Below, piece by piece: positions 8,226 to 17,858 of a DNA stretch of 64,000 nt (positions are counted from its first letter, which is position 1; every line of letters begins with the position of its first letter). A program made the translations under genes and the position numbers. Source of the DNA: Candidatus Babeliales bacterium (GTDB lineage Bacteria; Babelota; Babeliae; Babelales; UBA12411); contig JAGMEA010000030.1 in the NCBI GenBank assembly GCA_023128415.1, positions 263 through 64,262 on the forward strand, written 5' to 3'. The notes under the pieces were generated by a model, which saw only the letters and a list, made by a program, of their open reading frames with translations, was not told where the DNA came from and did not search any database.

Positions 8226-8696
8226 ATGAAAAAATTATATATTCTATTGAGCTTGTTACTTTCAATTTCAAAATTTAATTGTGATAAAATAGTAATAACG
8301 ACTTCAATTGCTGACTACAAATACGGACTTGGCAAAACTTACGTTGTTAAGGATGTAAATGGTTATTGCGTTGCAGGACCAGAAAGTGATGAACTATCCA
8401 AAGACATAGAACTTGTACATGAAGAATTTACAAAGGAAGAATACGAGAACCTTTCACCATTTGCATCACGAATATTAAAGAAATATATCTTTGTATTTGG
8501 AGCTCTACCTATAAGCCTAAACGTTTTTTCTTATGTAAGAAAGCCAGAACAAATAGCCGCAATTCAATCTCCCGAACCTCGATTAGCAGTTCCAAAAACG
8601 CTTATGATTCGACGCACACTAAGAAGAGAAAAAGGAATGCATACGATTGCGAAAGACATATTATTTCCAGGTGATGCTGCATATCTACCACGTTAA
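8226..8696 (+). CDS. Hypothetical exported/membrane protein
   Basis: 156 aa. N-terminal leader MKKLYILLSLLLSISKF and a central hydrophobic segment YIFVFGALPISLNVFSYV. No recognisable motif. A TATAAT at about 8158-8165 and an 8-bp hairpin lie in the 5' region. Confidence 0.5.
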   Translation: MKKLYILLSLLLSISKFNCDKIVITTSIADYKYGLGKTYVVKDVNGYCVAGPESDELSKDIELVHEEFTKEEYENLSPFASRILKKYIFVFGALPISLNVFSYVRKPEQIAAIQSPEPRLAVPKTLMIRRTLRREKGMHTIAKDILFPGDAAYLPR

Positions 8697-8732
8697 CGCC
8701 ATACTGAATGGTAATATTAATAATTAGAAATT

Positions 8733-11700
8733 TTATTCTGAGAAAAAATCCCAAGATAATATTGGTTCAACACTATTATAATCCTCAAACAGCGGCTCTG
8801 GAAAAAATATTCCTAAAAACTCAGGGAGAACTATTTTCTCCAACAAATGTAAGGCTGCAGCAAAATCCTCCTTATTGCCCTTCCTGACAACTATATCAGC
8901 ATCTGCATCCTTGAGGATCATTTCTAAGGTAGCAATCATTTTTATAAATAAACGAGCAGAATCTTTCATATTTGGAGTGCCTAAAAATATTTTGGCACTC
9001 CAGGTATTTGAAGAAACTTTTTTAGAATTGTAATATCCATTTTGTTTGGCCTGACTATAAAATCGCTCTCTCTCCCGATGATACTTAGAATTTTTAACTA
9101 ACTTTTCATAAAAGGTTGATGTTGGTAAAACATAATGAGAACCAAATTCTTCTTGATAGCTGTTTATAATATCCGAAAAAATGGATCCTACTCCAAAAAA
9201 TAACTTTCTTTTAACTCTTGGAGCTCCAAACCCAAAAACTCCATGATTTGTTCCATTATTTTCCCAATCTAAACAGTATGGCCTTCCAAGGAATTCTCCC
9301 CAAATCCTATCCCTACCATGAATATGAAATGTGTTATAAGGTAATTGCTTTTTGCCTTCCCATTCAGGAAATAATTTTTGTGCAACATAAACCCTATCAT
9401 AAAATCTATTACTGGAACTGGTTTGTCCAAATTTAACAACCATAGGCGGTACAGCATACTCTTCTTTTAAAAACAAAATGTTAGCTAAAGCGGCATACCA
9501 ATTAGCACGTAATGTTTGAAACAAAGGAGCTAATAAATCAACCTGACGATTATCTATGGGAAAATCATAATTAACCCAAAGACTCTCTCCTGTGCTCAAT
9601 TTCAACATATTATAATGACTCTTAACATTTCCTAGATATGACATAAATTTTTCTGGACCTAAAACAATACCATCCAAATTACTCCAAAGATTCAAAATTC
9701 TATCTCCAACCATGCCACTGAAAAAAATTGCCTGCATTTTGTCAGAAAAAACTTTTAATAATTCAAAAGAAAATTGTTGAACATTTATAAATTCCTTCGT
9801 TAACCCAAACTCCTTATCAAGACTCTCTTTTTCACAAATAAATTTTAATTTAGATTTAGAATCCAAATAATTTTTTACAGACTCATTATTATTTAAATTG
9901 TTTATTTCATCTTTTAATAATTTAGTTATATCTGGTAACGAAAGTCCCTCTAATTTCTCACTAGGACATCTTTCAATTAATTTGAATAATCCATACCTGG
10001 ATAAAATTTCCAACTTAAAAGAATCAAACATAACTTTTTCCAATTCCGGCTTTAATAAGTCAGAATAAAGCTCAGATGCATTAACAAAACTTTTATAAAG
10101 TGAAAAATTTGTTAAAAATTTATCATCTAATAATGACATCTGTTGAAGAAGATAATTAATTCTAATATTTTCCCTGGAAGAACGTGGATACATACTTAAG
10201 AAATCAACAAAAACAACGTTTTCTACTCCATTTGTTTTCAATTTACCAACCAAGTCATCTAAAAAAGTGTCATAGGCTATTGGAAAACGAATCCCTTCAA
10301 AAAATAACATTTGTTCGGATTCCATATTTTTTAAACCATGAGATGCTGCACCTGCTAAAGAACGTAAAATTCTAATATCTGAAATTTTTTCAAAATTGCA
10401 TAAATAATGCTCATTCTTATATTTAAAAGGCAAATAACAACTATCTTTTGCTAACAAAATTAAGTTGCGAACATAAGTTTTTTCTGGTTGCCCTGGATCA
10501 TTAAGAGAAGACGCTAAAAATCCCTCCTTAGAAATAACATTTTTCACTTCATCAAAAGCTTTGTCATATTCATTCAATATTTTGCCGCGATTTCCAAGAA
10601 TAAAATCTTTTATCTCTTTTATTTCTTTTTCAGTCTTTTCGGTTCCAACATCTACATATCCCATGCCATCAGGCTTATATGTAAAATGACTCATTTGAGC
10701 AGGAAGATCTGCAACATAAACCTTGTCATCAAATTTAAAAACGTCTGCCCATTGAGAAGATGAGTTGTCCACTCTTTCGTATTTATCTATACGATCTTCA
10801 TGCTGCATCCAATTCTTAACATTTCCAAGCATGGTTGTTTTGCCAACCCCATCAACAAAGCTATTGAAAACATAAACAGTTTTTTTATTATCCATAGCTT
10901 TAAGATGTCTTGTTGTAAAAATTTTTACAAAATCTTGGGCATTTTTAGTAGCTCCCGCACCTTGGGTTACGCTTTTTTCAATAGGATAAGTAATATCACC
11001 ACCACAATAAAATTTTAAAATTGGAAGATCTGATTTTAAAAGATACTTACCGTAATCTATTGAAAATAAAATATCTTGAGTTGCCGCAACTTGACTACCT
11101 AAAATCATCACACCTTCTTTATACAAATATTCCCAATAATTTATTAAAAAGGAATAAATGCCCTTCCAATTCTTCTTTTTTAAATGCTCTTCTATCTCAA
11201 ACTGAAAGTTTTTCATAGCATCTAGGGTCTGTCTAAAAGAATGCTTTTGAAAAATTTCTCCTAGATTGAAAATTTCAATATTTGCAGGATTAATATGCTC
11301 AAATACAGGCTCCTCATCCTTAAACCAGCGCTTAGAAAATTCATTAAAATCTTTAAAAAGATAACCCGTCATTAAACCAAAAAAGTTATGTAAACTCATA
11401 GACCAACCAACTTTGGTTTTGGTAGCCATCTCATCATCAATAACTTCTTCATCATATTTTGTATAATACGAAGGAAGAGCCCCTCCCTCATATCCACTTA
11501 TTATGAGATGACCTTGTAAATTTAAACCTTCTTGGCTAAAACGATCTCTTAATTGATACAAACTTTTAACGGTTCTATTTAGAATAAATGGATGATATTC
11601 GTGAGTATAACGTCCTTCAGCCTTAAAATCATAATGATTAATACTGCTATCGATAAATTCTTTTGCATCCTTATAATCAGATGAAAAAAGGAAGGCGGAA

Positions 11701-11738
11701 AAAATAAAAGGTAAAATTTTAATATATGTATTCTTCAT
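8733..11738 (-). CDS. Large (1001 aa) protein with N-terminal hydrophobic leader and a Walker-A motif; family unknown
   Basis: Leader MKNTYIKILPFIFSAFLFSS. The Walker A-like VYVFNSFVDGVGKTTMLGN is encoded at 10833-10859. A possible Walker B is VVFVDF. The ATG lies 20 nt inside the upstream gene. It is the last gene of the 4-gene coupled set. Confidence 0.55.
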   Translation of the reverse strand: MKNTYIKILPFIFSAFLFSSDYKDAKEFIDSSINHYDFKAEGRYTHEYHPFILNRTVKSLYQLRDRFSQEGLNLQGHLIISGYEGGALPSYYTKYDEEVIDDEMATKTKVGWSMSLHNFFGLMTGYLFKDFNEFSKRWFKDEEPVFEHINPANIEIFNLGEIFQKHSFRQTLDAMKNFQFEIEEHLKKKNWKGIYSFLINYWEYLYKEGVMILGSQVAATQDILFSIDYGKYLLKSDLPILKFYCGGDITYPIEKSVTQGAGATKNAQDFVKIFTTRHLKAMDNKKTVYVFNSFVDGVGKTTMLGNVKNWMQHEDRIDKYERVDNSSSQWADVFKFDDKVYVADLPAQMSHFTYKPDGMGYVDVGTEKTEKEIKEIKDFILGNRGKILNEYDKAFDEVKNVISKEGFLASSLNDPGQPEKTYVRNLILLAKDSCYLPFKYKNEHYLCNFEKISDIRILRSLAGAASHGLKNMESEQMLFFEGIRFPIAYDTFLDDLVGKLKTNGVENVVFVDFLSMYPRSSRENIRINYLLQQMSLLDDKFLTNFSLYKSFVNASELYSDLLKPELEKVMFDSFKLEILSRYGLFKLIERCPSEKLEGLSLPDITKLLKDEINNLNNNESVKNYLDSKSKLKFICEKESLDKEFGLTKEFINVQQFSFELLKVFSDKMQAIFFSGMVGDRILNLWSNLDGIVLGPEKFMSYLGNVKSHYNMLKLSTGESLWVNYDFPIDNRQVDLLAPLFQTLRANWYAALANILFLKEEYAVPPMVVKFGQTSSSNRFYDRVYVAQKLFPEWEGKKQLPYNTFHIHGRDRIWGEFLGRPYCLDWENNGTNHGVFGFGAPRVKRKLFFGVGSIFSDIINSYQEEFGSHYVLPTSTFYEKLVKNSKYHRERERFYSQAKQNGYYNSKKVSSNTWSAKIFLGTPNMKDSARLFIKMIATLEMILKDADADIVVRKGNKEDFAAALHLLEKIVLPEFLGIFFPEPLFEDYNSVEPILSWDFFSE

Positions 11739-12630
11739 CAGAGTTTTCTTCTGTAAATTTCTTTTTGAGCTCTGCTAATAGCCATTTATTATCCTTGATT
11801 TTCCTCTGGTATTTTTCTTCGTAGAGAGATCCCTGCAATTTTCTCACTGCTATTTCAAGTTCAAAACTGTACTTCACAGCCTGTTTATAATCTTCAAGAT
11901 GAATCCCCTCATTAAACATTCTTACTAAAAAATCACAATGATGTGCATGAAAATCATAAAAACTATCAACACCATGATTTGTCCAATAATTCTTTAAGGA
12001 AATAGATTTATTATCTTTCTTGAACCAAAGGGCAGCTCCTTCAGGAAGAAAAACTTTACCTGTTTTGTTGTCAATCAGGGCTAAAGACAAAAACCTGCTT
12101 AAAGTATGATACTGTTCTAAAATAATTTCCCAGTACTCACCCAACTTAAAACCCTCTGGTTTGTTCTTAAAATAAAACCACGGGGTTTTAGAAACAACAT
12201 CTACAACTTCCAATAAAGCTGCTTCTATTGCAGCTGGACACATAGTAAAAAAATTGTCTGTAATAACTAGTGCTCTAGGATAATAGGTTGCCAAGTATTT
12301 TTTATAAAATTCCTGCCCAACTTCTGGAACAACTTCCATTGTTTTTTTTTCTTCCTGCCGTTCAGTTTTTTTAGCTTTTATAGAATCTAAAAGCTCTCCT
12401 ACTTCTCTTAAAAAATCATCATGCGAAACATCATCACTAAATAAGGATCCCAATCCAGATAAAGGATCTTCGTCAGATTTTTCTTCATACTTGCTATTAC
12501 TTGCTTCTAAATTTTGAGAATCTTTAGAAGTAATGATTGGATCCTTTTTTCCCCACTTTTCACACCATGAACATGGATTAAGCGAAGCATTTAATAAGAA
12601 GAATAGAATAAGGGCTTTTTGAAATTTCAT
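11719..12630 (-). CDS. Hypothetical exported protein (about 303 aa)
   Basis: I take the start at the second Met (MKFQKALILFFLLNASL), whose ATG forms an ATGA overlap with the stop of the upstream gene (12627-12630). It has an acidic, low-complexity N-terminal third and no recognisable motif. Confidence 0.55.
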   Translation of the reverse strand: MKFQKALILFFLLNASLNPCSWCEKWGKKDPIITSKDSQNLEASNSKYEEKSDEDPLSGLGSLFSDDVSHDDFLREVGELLDSIKAKKTERQEEKKTMEVVPEVGQEFYKKYLATYYPRALVITDNFFTMCPAAIEAALLEVVDVVSKTPWFYFKNKPEGFKLGEYWEIILEQYHTLSRFLSLALIDNKTGKVFLPEGAALWFKKDNKSISLKNYWTNHGVDSFYDFHAHHCDFLVRMFNEGIHLEDYKQAVKYSFELEIAVRKLQGSLYEEKYQRKIKDNKWLLAELKKKFTEENSDEEYIY

Positions 12631-13547
12631 GCAAAAGAAATCTCGCAATTATCCCAAACACTTTTAATAGAATTTAATAAACGTTTTAGCTCCAATCCTA
12701 TTTCTTTCAAATCTGTAAATTCTGAACCATTCTCGTTCTGTTTCAACTTTTTCTCAACTGCAATATTTAGTTTTTCAACAGCAACAAAAATTTTATTATG
12801 AGAATTAGTCAGCCAATTTTCTTGAATTGTTTTATTTTTTATGTGCGCCGTAGAAGCCAATACTGCTAAAAAATGCTCAATAGAGGAAATCAAAATATTG
12901 TGACATTCTACAATTTGTTTTTTATGAAATTCTCTATCTGAGAGTGTACCCATGGGCTCTATTAGGTTTTCGACAAACAAACCTAAATTATCCCCATTAT
13001 TAAAAATTTGCTCACCATAAAACAATGTGTTATCACGGATACTGAATAGGTTTTTTGTTACTTTTAAACCCTTCGCTAGCTCTTTTTTAAATACTACAAA
13101 AACAGCTCCTGATAGGGATACAGCACTACCCAACAATATAGAATCATAAAAATATGAAAGGAATTTTTGAAATTTAGACTTATTCTCAAATTCTTCTTCC
13201 TTCTTCAATATTCTGTCTAATAACCTATTCTTTAGATCCTCATCTGAGGTTGTTTTTTCTGTGGCCAATTTAGAAGAATCAGGAATAACCCTATCCTCCT
13301 GCACAAAACCTTCAAAAAGCATTTTTTTTAATACTATTGAAGCAATTATAGCCCCAGATAAAAGAGCACCGATCTTTAAAAATTTAATATTTCGGTTTTT
13401 TTTAAGGTATTCAGACTTATACCTTTCAATGGAAGAAATACTTAATGTATTTAAATTATACTCTTCTGGCCTAAGAGAGAACACAAACATTTGTACAATA
13501 CTAAAAAGTACTAAAATCCGTTTCCATTTTTTTATAATGTACATCAT
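12627..13547 (-). CDS. Hypothetical membrane protein (about 3 hydrophobic segments)
   Basis: The ORF track starts at a GTG (13586). I prefer ATG 13547 (MMYIIKKWKRILVLFSIVQMFVF), which is preceded by CAGGGA. Hydrophobic segments: IGALLSGAIIASIVL and ILLGSAVSLSGAVFVVF. No recognisable motif. Confidence 0.5.
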   Translation of the reverse strand: MMYIIKKWKRILVLFSIVQMFVFSLRPEEYNLNTLSISSIERYKSEYLKKNRNIKFLKIGALLSGAIIASIVLKKMLFEGFVQEDRVIPDSSKLATEKTTSDEDLKNRLLDRILKKEEEFENKSKFQKFLSYFYDSILLGSAVSLSGAVFVVFKKELAKGLKVTKNLFSIRDNTLFYGEQIFNNGDNLGLFVENLIEPMGTLSDREFHKKQIVECHNILISSIEHFLAVLASTAHIKNKTIQENWLTNSHNKIFVAVEKLNIAVEKKLKQNENGSEFTDLKEIGLELKRLLNSIKSVWDNCEISFA

Positions 13548-13572
13548 ATTGCTGCCATCCCTGAAGTCAAAA

Positions 13573-14994
13573 TCAATAATTTTCACCTAAACCACCGTTC
13601 CAGGAATCCATCATAGAATGCCTGTTAAGTTTTTGTGGTTCTTTTTCTGTCTTTTCTTTATTATCATCGGATTTTTTATATGAAATATATTTAAGCAAAT
13701 TCTCACAATTCTTTTTAAAACTGCTTCTAAGCCGTTTTAAACGACCTTCCACCCTAGACGTACCAAGATCCTCAAAAGATTTAGCTTTATAAAGAAGTGA
13801 AGCAAATTCTTTAAGGGAATCCCTGATCATAACCCCAAAGCGATATTCCATAGAATTCTTATTTTTAGAATAATACGAAACTCCACTATCAAAATAAGCA
13901 ATTATTAATGATAATTCTTTTAGCCTCAAATTTCGTTCTTCACGCCAATCTGAATCAGCTTGAATAAAATCAAGCAAGTCTGTAAAACAAGCAATCTCTG
14001 CTTCATCTTCTAAAGTTATCTCAATATCGAAAGACTTTTCTACTTCTCTAAAAATTTGCGATTTTGAGACACCATCTATACCAAGCTCAGTAAAACCTGA
14101 ATGCTTTTTAAGATGTGAGCCAATTTTTATATTAATACCAACTTTATTGAAGACAATCTCATCCACTTTTTCTAAAACGTCTGGAGCTTCATGCTTTTGA
14201 GCACGCTCAATATAGTCTCGAGCACCTAAGCTCTTAGCACCCTTTAATGTTTCTAGATAACCATCAATTATACCAAAAACAACTTGGTTTAAATCGTCCA
14301 CGCATAGATAATCAAATGGGGACCCATCAACCCCAGAAACTAACCGAACGAATCCTATTTTAAGATTAAAAAGAACGTTGCCAATAACACCAATAGTCCA
14401 ATCTGCCAGTCTTTCAAGAGGAATTCCAACACTATTTTGAATAATACTGTCTATTGGCTTTCCTAAAGCAGTAACTGATTTTCCTACTAATCCATAACCG
14501 ACCATTCGCAAAGTTTTACTCGGCTTCTTAGGTTTTTTTGGGTTAGAGGAATCTTGAGATTCAGCTTTATTATCTTCTTTAGGATCTTCACCATCAAAAT
14601 CATCCCATAGGCCTAAATTTTCCAAATCGTTGAACGTATCATGACCCAAAAATGAAATCGCCGCTATTTTACCTAAGGCTCCAGATGATAATTTTGCTAA
14701 TCTACTATATTCCAACTTCAACTTTTCCTCAGTTTTCTCAATACTTTGGGCAAGCTCTTTATCATCTTTTCTTTGTTTTTGTTTATGGTAAAGATCACTT
14801 ATTTCATTTTCAAGATCAAATATTCTGGTTTTTATCATATTACGAAGAGAATTTCGTTCAAGTGAATGACTATCGCCAAGTGCTCGCCTTAGTAAAATAG
14901 AATCTGTCCTTCCAATCCCAAACAAAGAATTGCCTATAAATAAAGAAGTCGTAGAAAAAATACTTATCAATATGAGTAATTTATATTTAGACAT
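13573..14994 (-). CDS. Hypothetical exported protein containing an acyl-carrier-protein-like domain lacking the Ser attachment site
   Basis: Leader MSKYKLLILISIFSTTSLFIG and a coiled-coil/charged N-terminal part. Residues ~272-346, VLEKVDEIVFNKVGI...FTELGIDGVSKSQIFREVEKSFDIEITLEDEAEIACFTDLLDFI, follow the ACP/PCP four-helix pattern (..F.EDLGADSLD.VELVMALEEEF..EI.DEEAEKI.T...AIDYI) but have DGV instead of DSL. Confidence 0.5.
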   Translation of the reverse strand: MSKYKLLILISIFSTTSLFIGNSLFGIGRTDSILLRRALGDSHSLERNSLRNMIKTRIFDLENEISDLYHKQKQRKDDKELAQSIEKTEEKLKLEYSRLAKLSSGALGKIAAISFLGHDTFNDLENLGLWDDFDGEDPKEDNKAESQDSSNPKKPKKPSKTLRMVGYGLVGKSVTALGKPIDSIIQNSVGIPLERLADWTIGVIGNVLFNLKIGFVRLVSGVDGSPFDYLCVDDLNQVVFGIIDGYLETLKGAKSLGARDYIERAQKHEAPDVLEKVDEIVFNKVGINIKIGSHLKKHSGFTELGIDGVSKSQIFREVEKSFDIEITLEDEAEIACFTDLLDFIQADSDWREERNLRLKELSLIIAYFDSGVSYYSKNKNSMEYRFGVMIRDSLKEFASLLYKAKSFEDLGTSRVEGRLKRLRSSFKKNCENLLKYISYKKSDDNKEKTEKEPQKLNRHSMMDSWNGGLGENY

Positions 14995-15111
14995 GCATAG
15001 ACCTGTGATTTAAGTATTTATAAAATTAATTAAATATTAGACAATTTACTATCATCAGAAGTATAGCAATGCAAATGAACATTGCAACCGTGAAAAGCCC
15101 TTCAAGCAGGG

Positions 15112-16761
15112 TTAAAACTCTAGACTATAGGCAATATTGCCTTCTATATTTTGAGGAACATTTCGTCCAGCAACAGTTAACAGCATTCCCCCATTAAACC
15201 GCTGTCTACCGCTAATTTGATAATCAAAATTAAAACCAATACGATGTTCCATTTGAAAAGTATTATCTGTCAAAATAGAATAATTATAACTATCACTATT
15301 ACGATAACCCAAATAATCAGTTCCCTTAACCCGAAGATCATAAAACATGTCAAAAAAAGCCTTTTTTGAAAAGACCTCCTCATAAATATTTCCAATTCTG
15401 AAGAAAAATTGAGGACCTCTTCGAATTCGAACATTTCTTACAGTACCTGGAAAACGCCTAATATCGGTATCAAAACGTTCAAAAGCTATGCCTTTAAACT
15501 GTACTTCCGTGTTCCCTAGAGTCAAAAAATCACCCACTGGAATCCCATTACCAGGAGTAGTTCCATCATAAACCTTTTTAAAAGGAACCCGTCTACTTAA
15601 AGTAGTCGGAACACTTCCTGTAATCTCTAAAAAGGCATGTGGATTAAAAATCCTACTATAAGATTTCATAGCTCCACCAAAAAATGAATACTCCATAAAA
15701 CCACCATTACCCAAGTCTGCATGCCACAACTCATCTGTCTGTCTATCATTGGCAGTAGGAGCTAAAAACTTAAAGCCCATCAAAACTCTTTCAAAATGCC
15801 TCGATGCTATCTCGATATTAATGAAAGTAGAAATATCACCTATTCCGAGTTCAGTATCATGTTTTGTATAATTCATGTGCCTTGCTTCTACAATTTCTTT
15901 AAGAAAATTATCAAGAGACCCAAATCTGTCGGCAAAACGTGGAGTAACACTCTGAAGCTGAGCTTCTTTACTAGAAGTAATCGTGGAAGAAAGCCTCAGT
16001 TTGTTTTCTCTCCTTATTATAGGAATCTGAAATCCAAAAGAAATATCTCCATCCCTAAAATGTCTTGCATAATTTAAATCAATTCTTTGAGAGGTCGTAG
16101 AACCATCAAAAATTATGGGCTGATCTGCAAGAATATAATAATAGTGAAACTGAAACCCCAAATTTCCATCTTCATATCTGGCACTATTAGCATCTAAAAT
16201 TTCTTCTTTTAATAATTTTGAAGCCAACAAGATATCCTGTAATTCTATATTTTGTTCACCAAAAACCAACTTAGAAATATCTTGAGAATTTCCCCCAGAG
16301 CCATAGGCCTTGGAAGCTCCATTAGCAGCAAAATTAACTTCTAATAAATCTTTTTCTGCATAAAAAATAGAAGAAAATGGCCAAGAAGGAATTTTGTAAA
16401 AAAAGTCTCCATCACTAAACCTAGAAACATTATGTAAACGAACCCGCCCTGCTAGCTTATCTTTAACGTGCTGACGACGAGCCTTGTTAGCTTGCCAGCG
16501 CACTTCTTCTTTTACTTTATCCTTTATTTTATGAGTAAGCCTTTTTTTTGCTCTCTTCTCTTGTCTCTCTAAAAATTTTTGCTTTTTAATTTCGTCTATT
16601 AGTTCCCTCTTTACCTCAGCAGTAAGACCAACTTCTTCATTTAGTTTATCTAATTCGGAGTTATCCCTAATCACCGTTACAGTAAAAAGATTTCCAAAAA
16701 ATAGGGCAGAATAAAAGATCAAAATAAATATGAAAAAATTTTTTTTTGAATAATAATTCAT
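15112..16761 (-). CDS. Putative outer-membrane beta-barrel protein, paralog 1 (549 aa), with a Lys/Arg/Glu-rich N-terminal extension
   Basis: Leader MNYYSKKNFFIFILIFYSALFF. A charged helix-like stretch covers residues ~40-105. The C-terminal ~430 aa alternate hydrophobic and polar residues and end ...NIAYSLEF (terminal Phe beta-signal). It is a clear paralog of 25522-27465: WPF, SQDIS.L.F, QDILL.SKLLK, ISFG.QIP, GIGDI..F.NIEI, LGNGGF, AGRNVP. Confidence 0.55.
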   Translation of the reverse strand: MNYYSKKNFFIFILIFYSALFFGNLFTVTVIRDNSELDKLNEEVGLTAEVKRELIDEIKKQKFLERQEKRAKKRLTHKIKDKVKEEVRWQANKARRQHVKDKLAGRVRLHNVSRFSDGDFFYKIPSWPFSSIFYAEKDLLEVNFAANGASKAYGSGGNSQDISKLVFGEQNIELQDILLASKLLKEEILDANSARYEDGNLGFQFHYYYILADQPIIFDGSTTSQRIDLNYARHFRDGDISFGFQIPIIRRENKLRLSSTITSSKEAQLQSVTPRFADRFGSLDNFLKEIVEARHMNYTKHDTELGIGDISTFINIEIASRHFERVLMGFKFLAPTANDRQTDELWHADLGNGGFMEYSFFGGAMKSYSRIFNPHAFLEITGSVPTTLSRRVPFKKVYDGTTPGNGIPVGDFLTLGNTEVQFKGIAFERFDTDIRRFPGTVRNVRIRRGPQFFFRIGNIYEEVFSKKAFFDMFYDLRVKGTDYLGYRNSDSYNYSILTDNTFQMEHRIGFNFDYQISGRQRFNGGMLLTVAGRNVPQNIEGNIAYSLEF

Positions 16762-16780
16762 TCAAATTTCTCAAAAATTA

Positions 16781-17836
16781 TTAGTCTAAATCATCTTCAA
16801 CGTAATAGCGTCTTACTTTTGGTCTTGCTGGCTCTTCATAATATATTCTTTTATTACGAGCAACTTCTTTAGGCACATAAATTTGACGCTTAACTTCATT
16901 TTTTATGAACTGAGAAATATCTCCATTGTTTAAATTTGCTTTTAGATCCTCAACCCGTTGTCCCCTAGAATCGCCACCATTTATTTTTAAACTTTTATAA
17001 AGACCCTTTAGCCTCTTATCCAATTCTTTTTTAACAAGCTCTTGTGTAGTTGAAATAACAGTATTTAACATACTTTTAAGTTGATCGTCTAAATAGGAAT
17101 GTTTAGACTCAAGATTCTTAATTGTTAGTTCAATCAACTCCAATTTTTTTACCATTTCATACCGCTCATTGCTATATTCTAATTTAGATAATAAGCGTTC
17201 CTTTTCCTTCCTAACATCTTTTTTTAAGAAAAGTAATTCAGATTTGACACCCTTAAATTTATCTTCTATATCAGCAGTCTGAGAAGACAAACGTTCTTCT
17301 ACATCAATATTTTGCGCAGAAACAAAATTAGTAACACTAGAATCTAAAGAACGAACCTTGTCTTCTACTACCTTAACTTTTCTAGAAACATCTTCTTTAC
17401 CACTTTGTAAGTCAGAAAATAGCCGCTTTTCACTTTGCTGTAAGGTTTGGCTGAAAAAATCTAATCTAGTTGAAAAATTATTAACACTTTCTTTCTGAAG
17501 CCGAATTTCATTTTCCTGGGCCTGAATACGAAGATCTATTGATTTTTTAAAACGGTTGTATGCCTTATAAAGTCTATTTTTTATAGAATTCATAAAATAA
17601 CTAAAGCTAAAAACTTTCTTTTCTAAATCACTTGATAATAATTCTTCCTTTTTATTACTTGCTACCTTCTTTTCAGATTTATAATTCGCTTTAGCATTAG
17701 GAGGGCTTACTTTTGGCATAGCTTCAATAGATTTGTCTGTAATTTTTAGCTGAGAATCTTGAGTAGAAATAGAACTTATTCCTATGGAAAAAATCCCTAT
17801 TAACATCCAAGCTAATTTAAAACCTTTAATAGTCAT
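16781..17836 (-). CDS. Exported coiled-coil protein
   Basis: 351 aa. Leader MTIKGFKLAWMLIGIFSIGISSIS, then about 300 aa of heptad-like charged sequence and a basic Tyr-rich C-terminus. It sits 22 nt downstream of the 879-aa gene and 19 nt upstream of the barrel gene. Confidence 0.55.
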   Translation of the reverse strand: MTIKGFKLAWMLIGIFSIGISSISTQDSQLKITDKSIEAMPKVSPPNAKANYKSEKKVASNKKEELLSSDLEKKVFSFSYFMNSIKNRLYKAYNRFKKSIDLRIQAQENEIRLQKESVNNFSTRLDFFSQTLQQSEKRLFSDLQSGKEDVSRKVKVVEDKVRSLDSSVTNFVSAQNIDVEERLSSQTADIEDKFKGVKSELLFLKKDVRKEKERLLSKLEYSNERYEMVKKLELIELTIKNLESKHSYLDDQLKSMLNTVISTTQELVKKELDKRLKGLYKSLKINGGDSRGQRVEDLKANLNNGDISQFIKNEVKRQIYVPKEVARNKRIYYEEPARPKVRRYYVEDDLD

Positions 17837-17858
17837 ATAAATTAACTCCTTTATTGAA

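Noticed and set aside
12341-12351. A10/T10 homopolymer inside the 309-aa gene (and similar A8-A9 runs in mutS and other genes) as phase-variation switches
   Set aside because: They encode Lys-Lys(-Lys) in a very AT-rich genome, where such runs are expected. There is no evidence of length variation from a single sequence.
15112-16761. Assigning the two barrel paralogs to Omp85/TpsB or to autotransporter translocator domains
   Set aside because: The N-terminal parts are charged low-complexity sequence rather than POTRA-like beta-alpha-alpha-beta-beta units. The putative cargo proteins are separate polypeptides, and I recognise no family motif. They are left as 'putative barrel, family unknown'.
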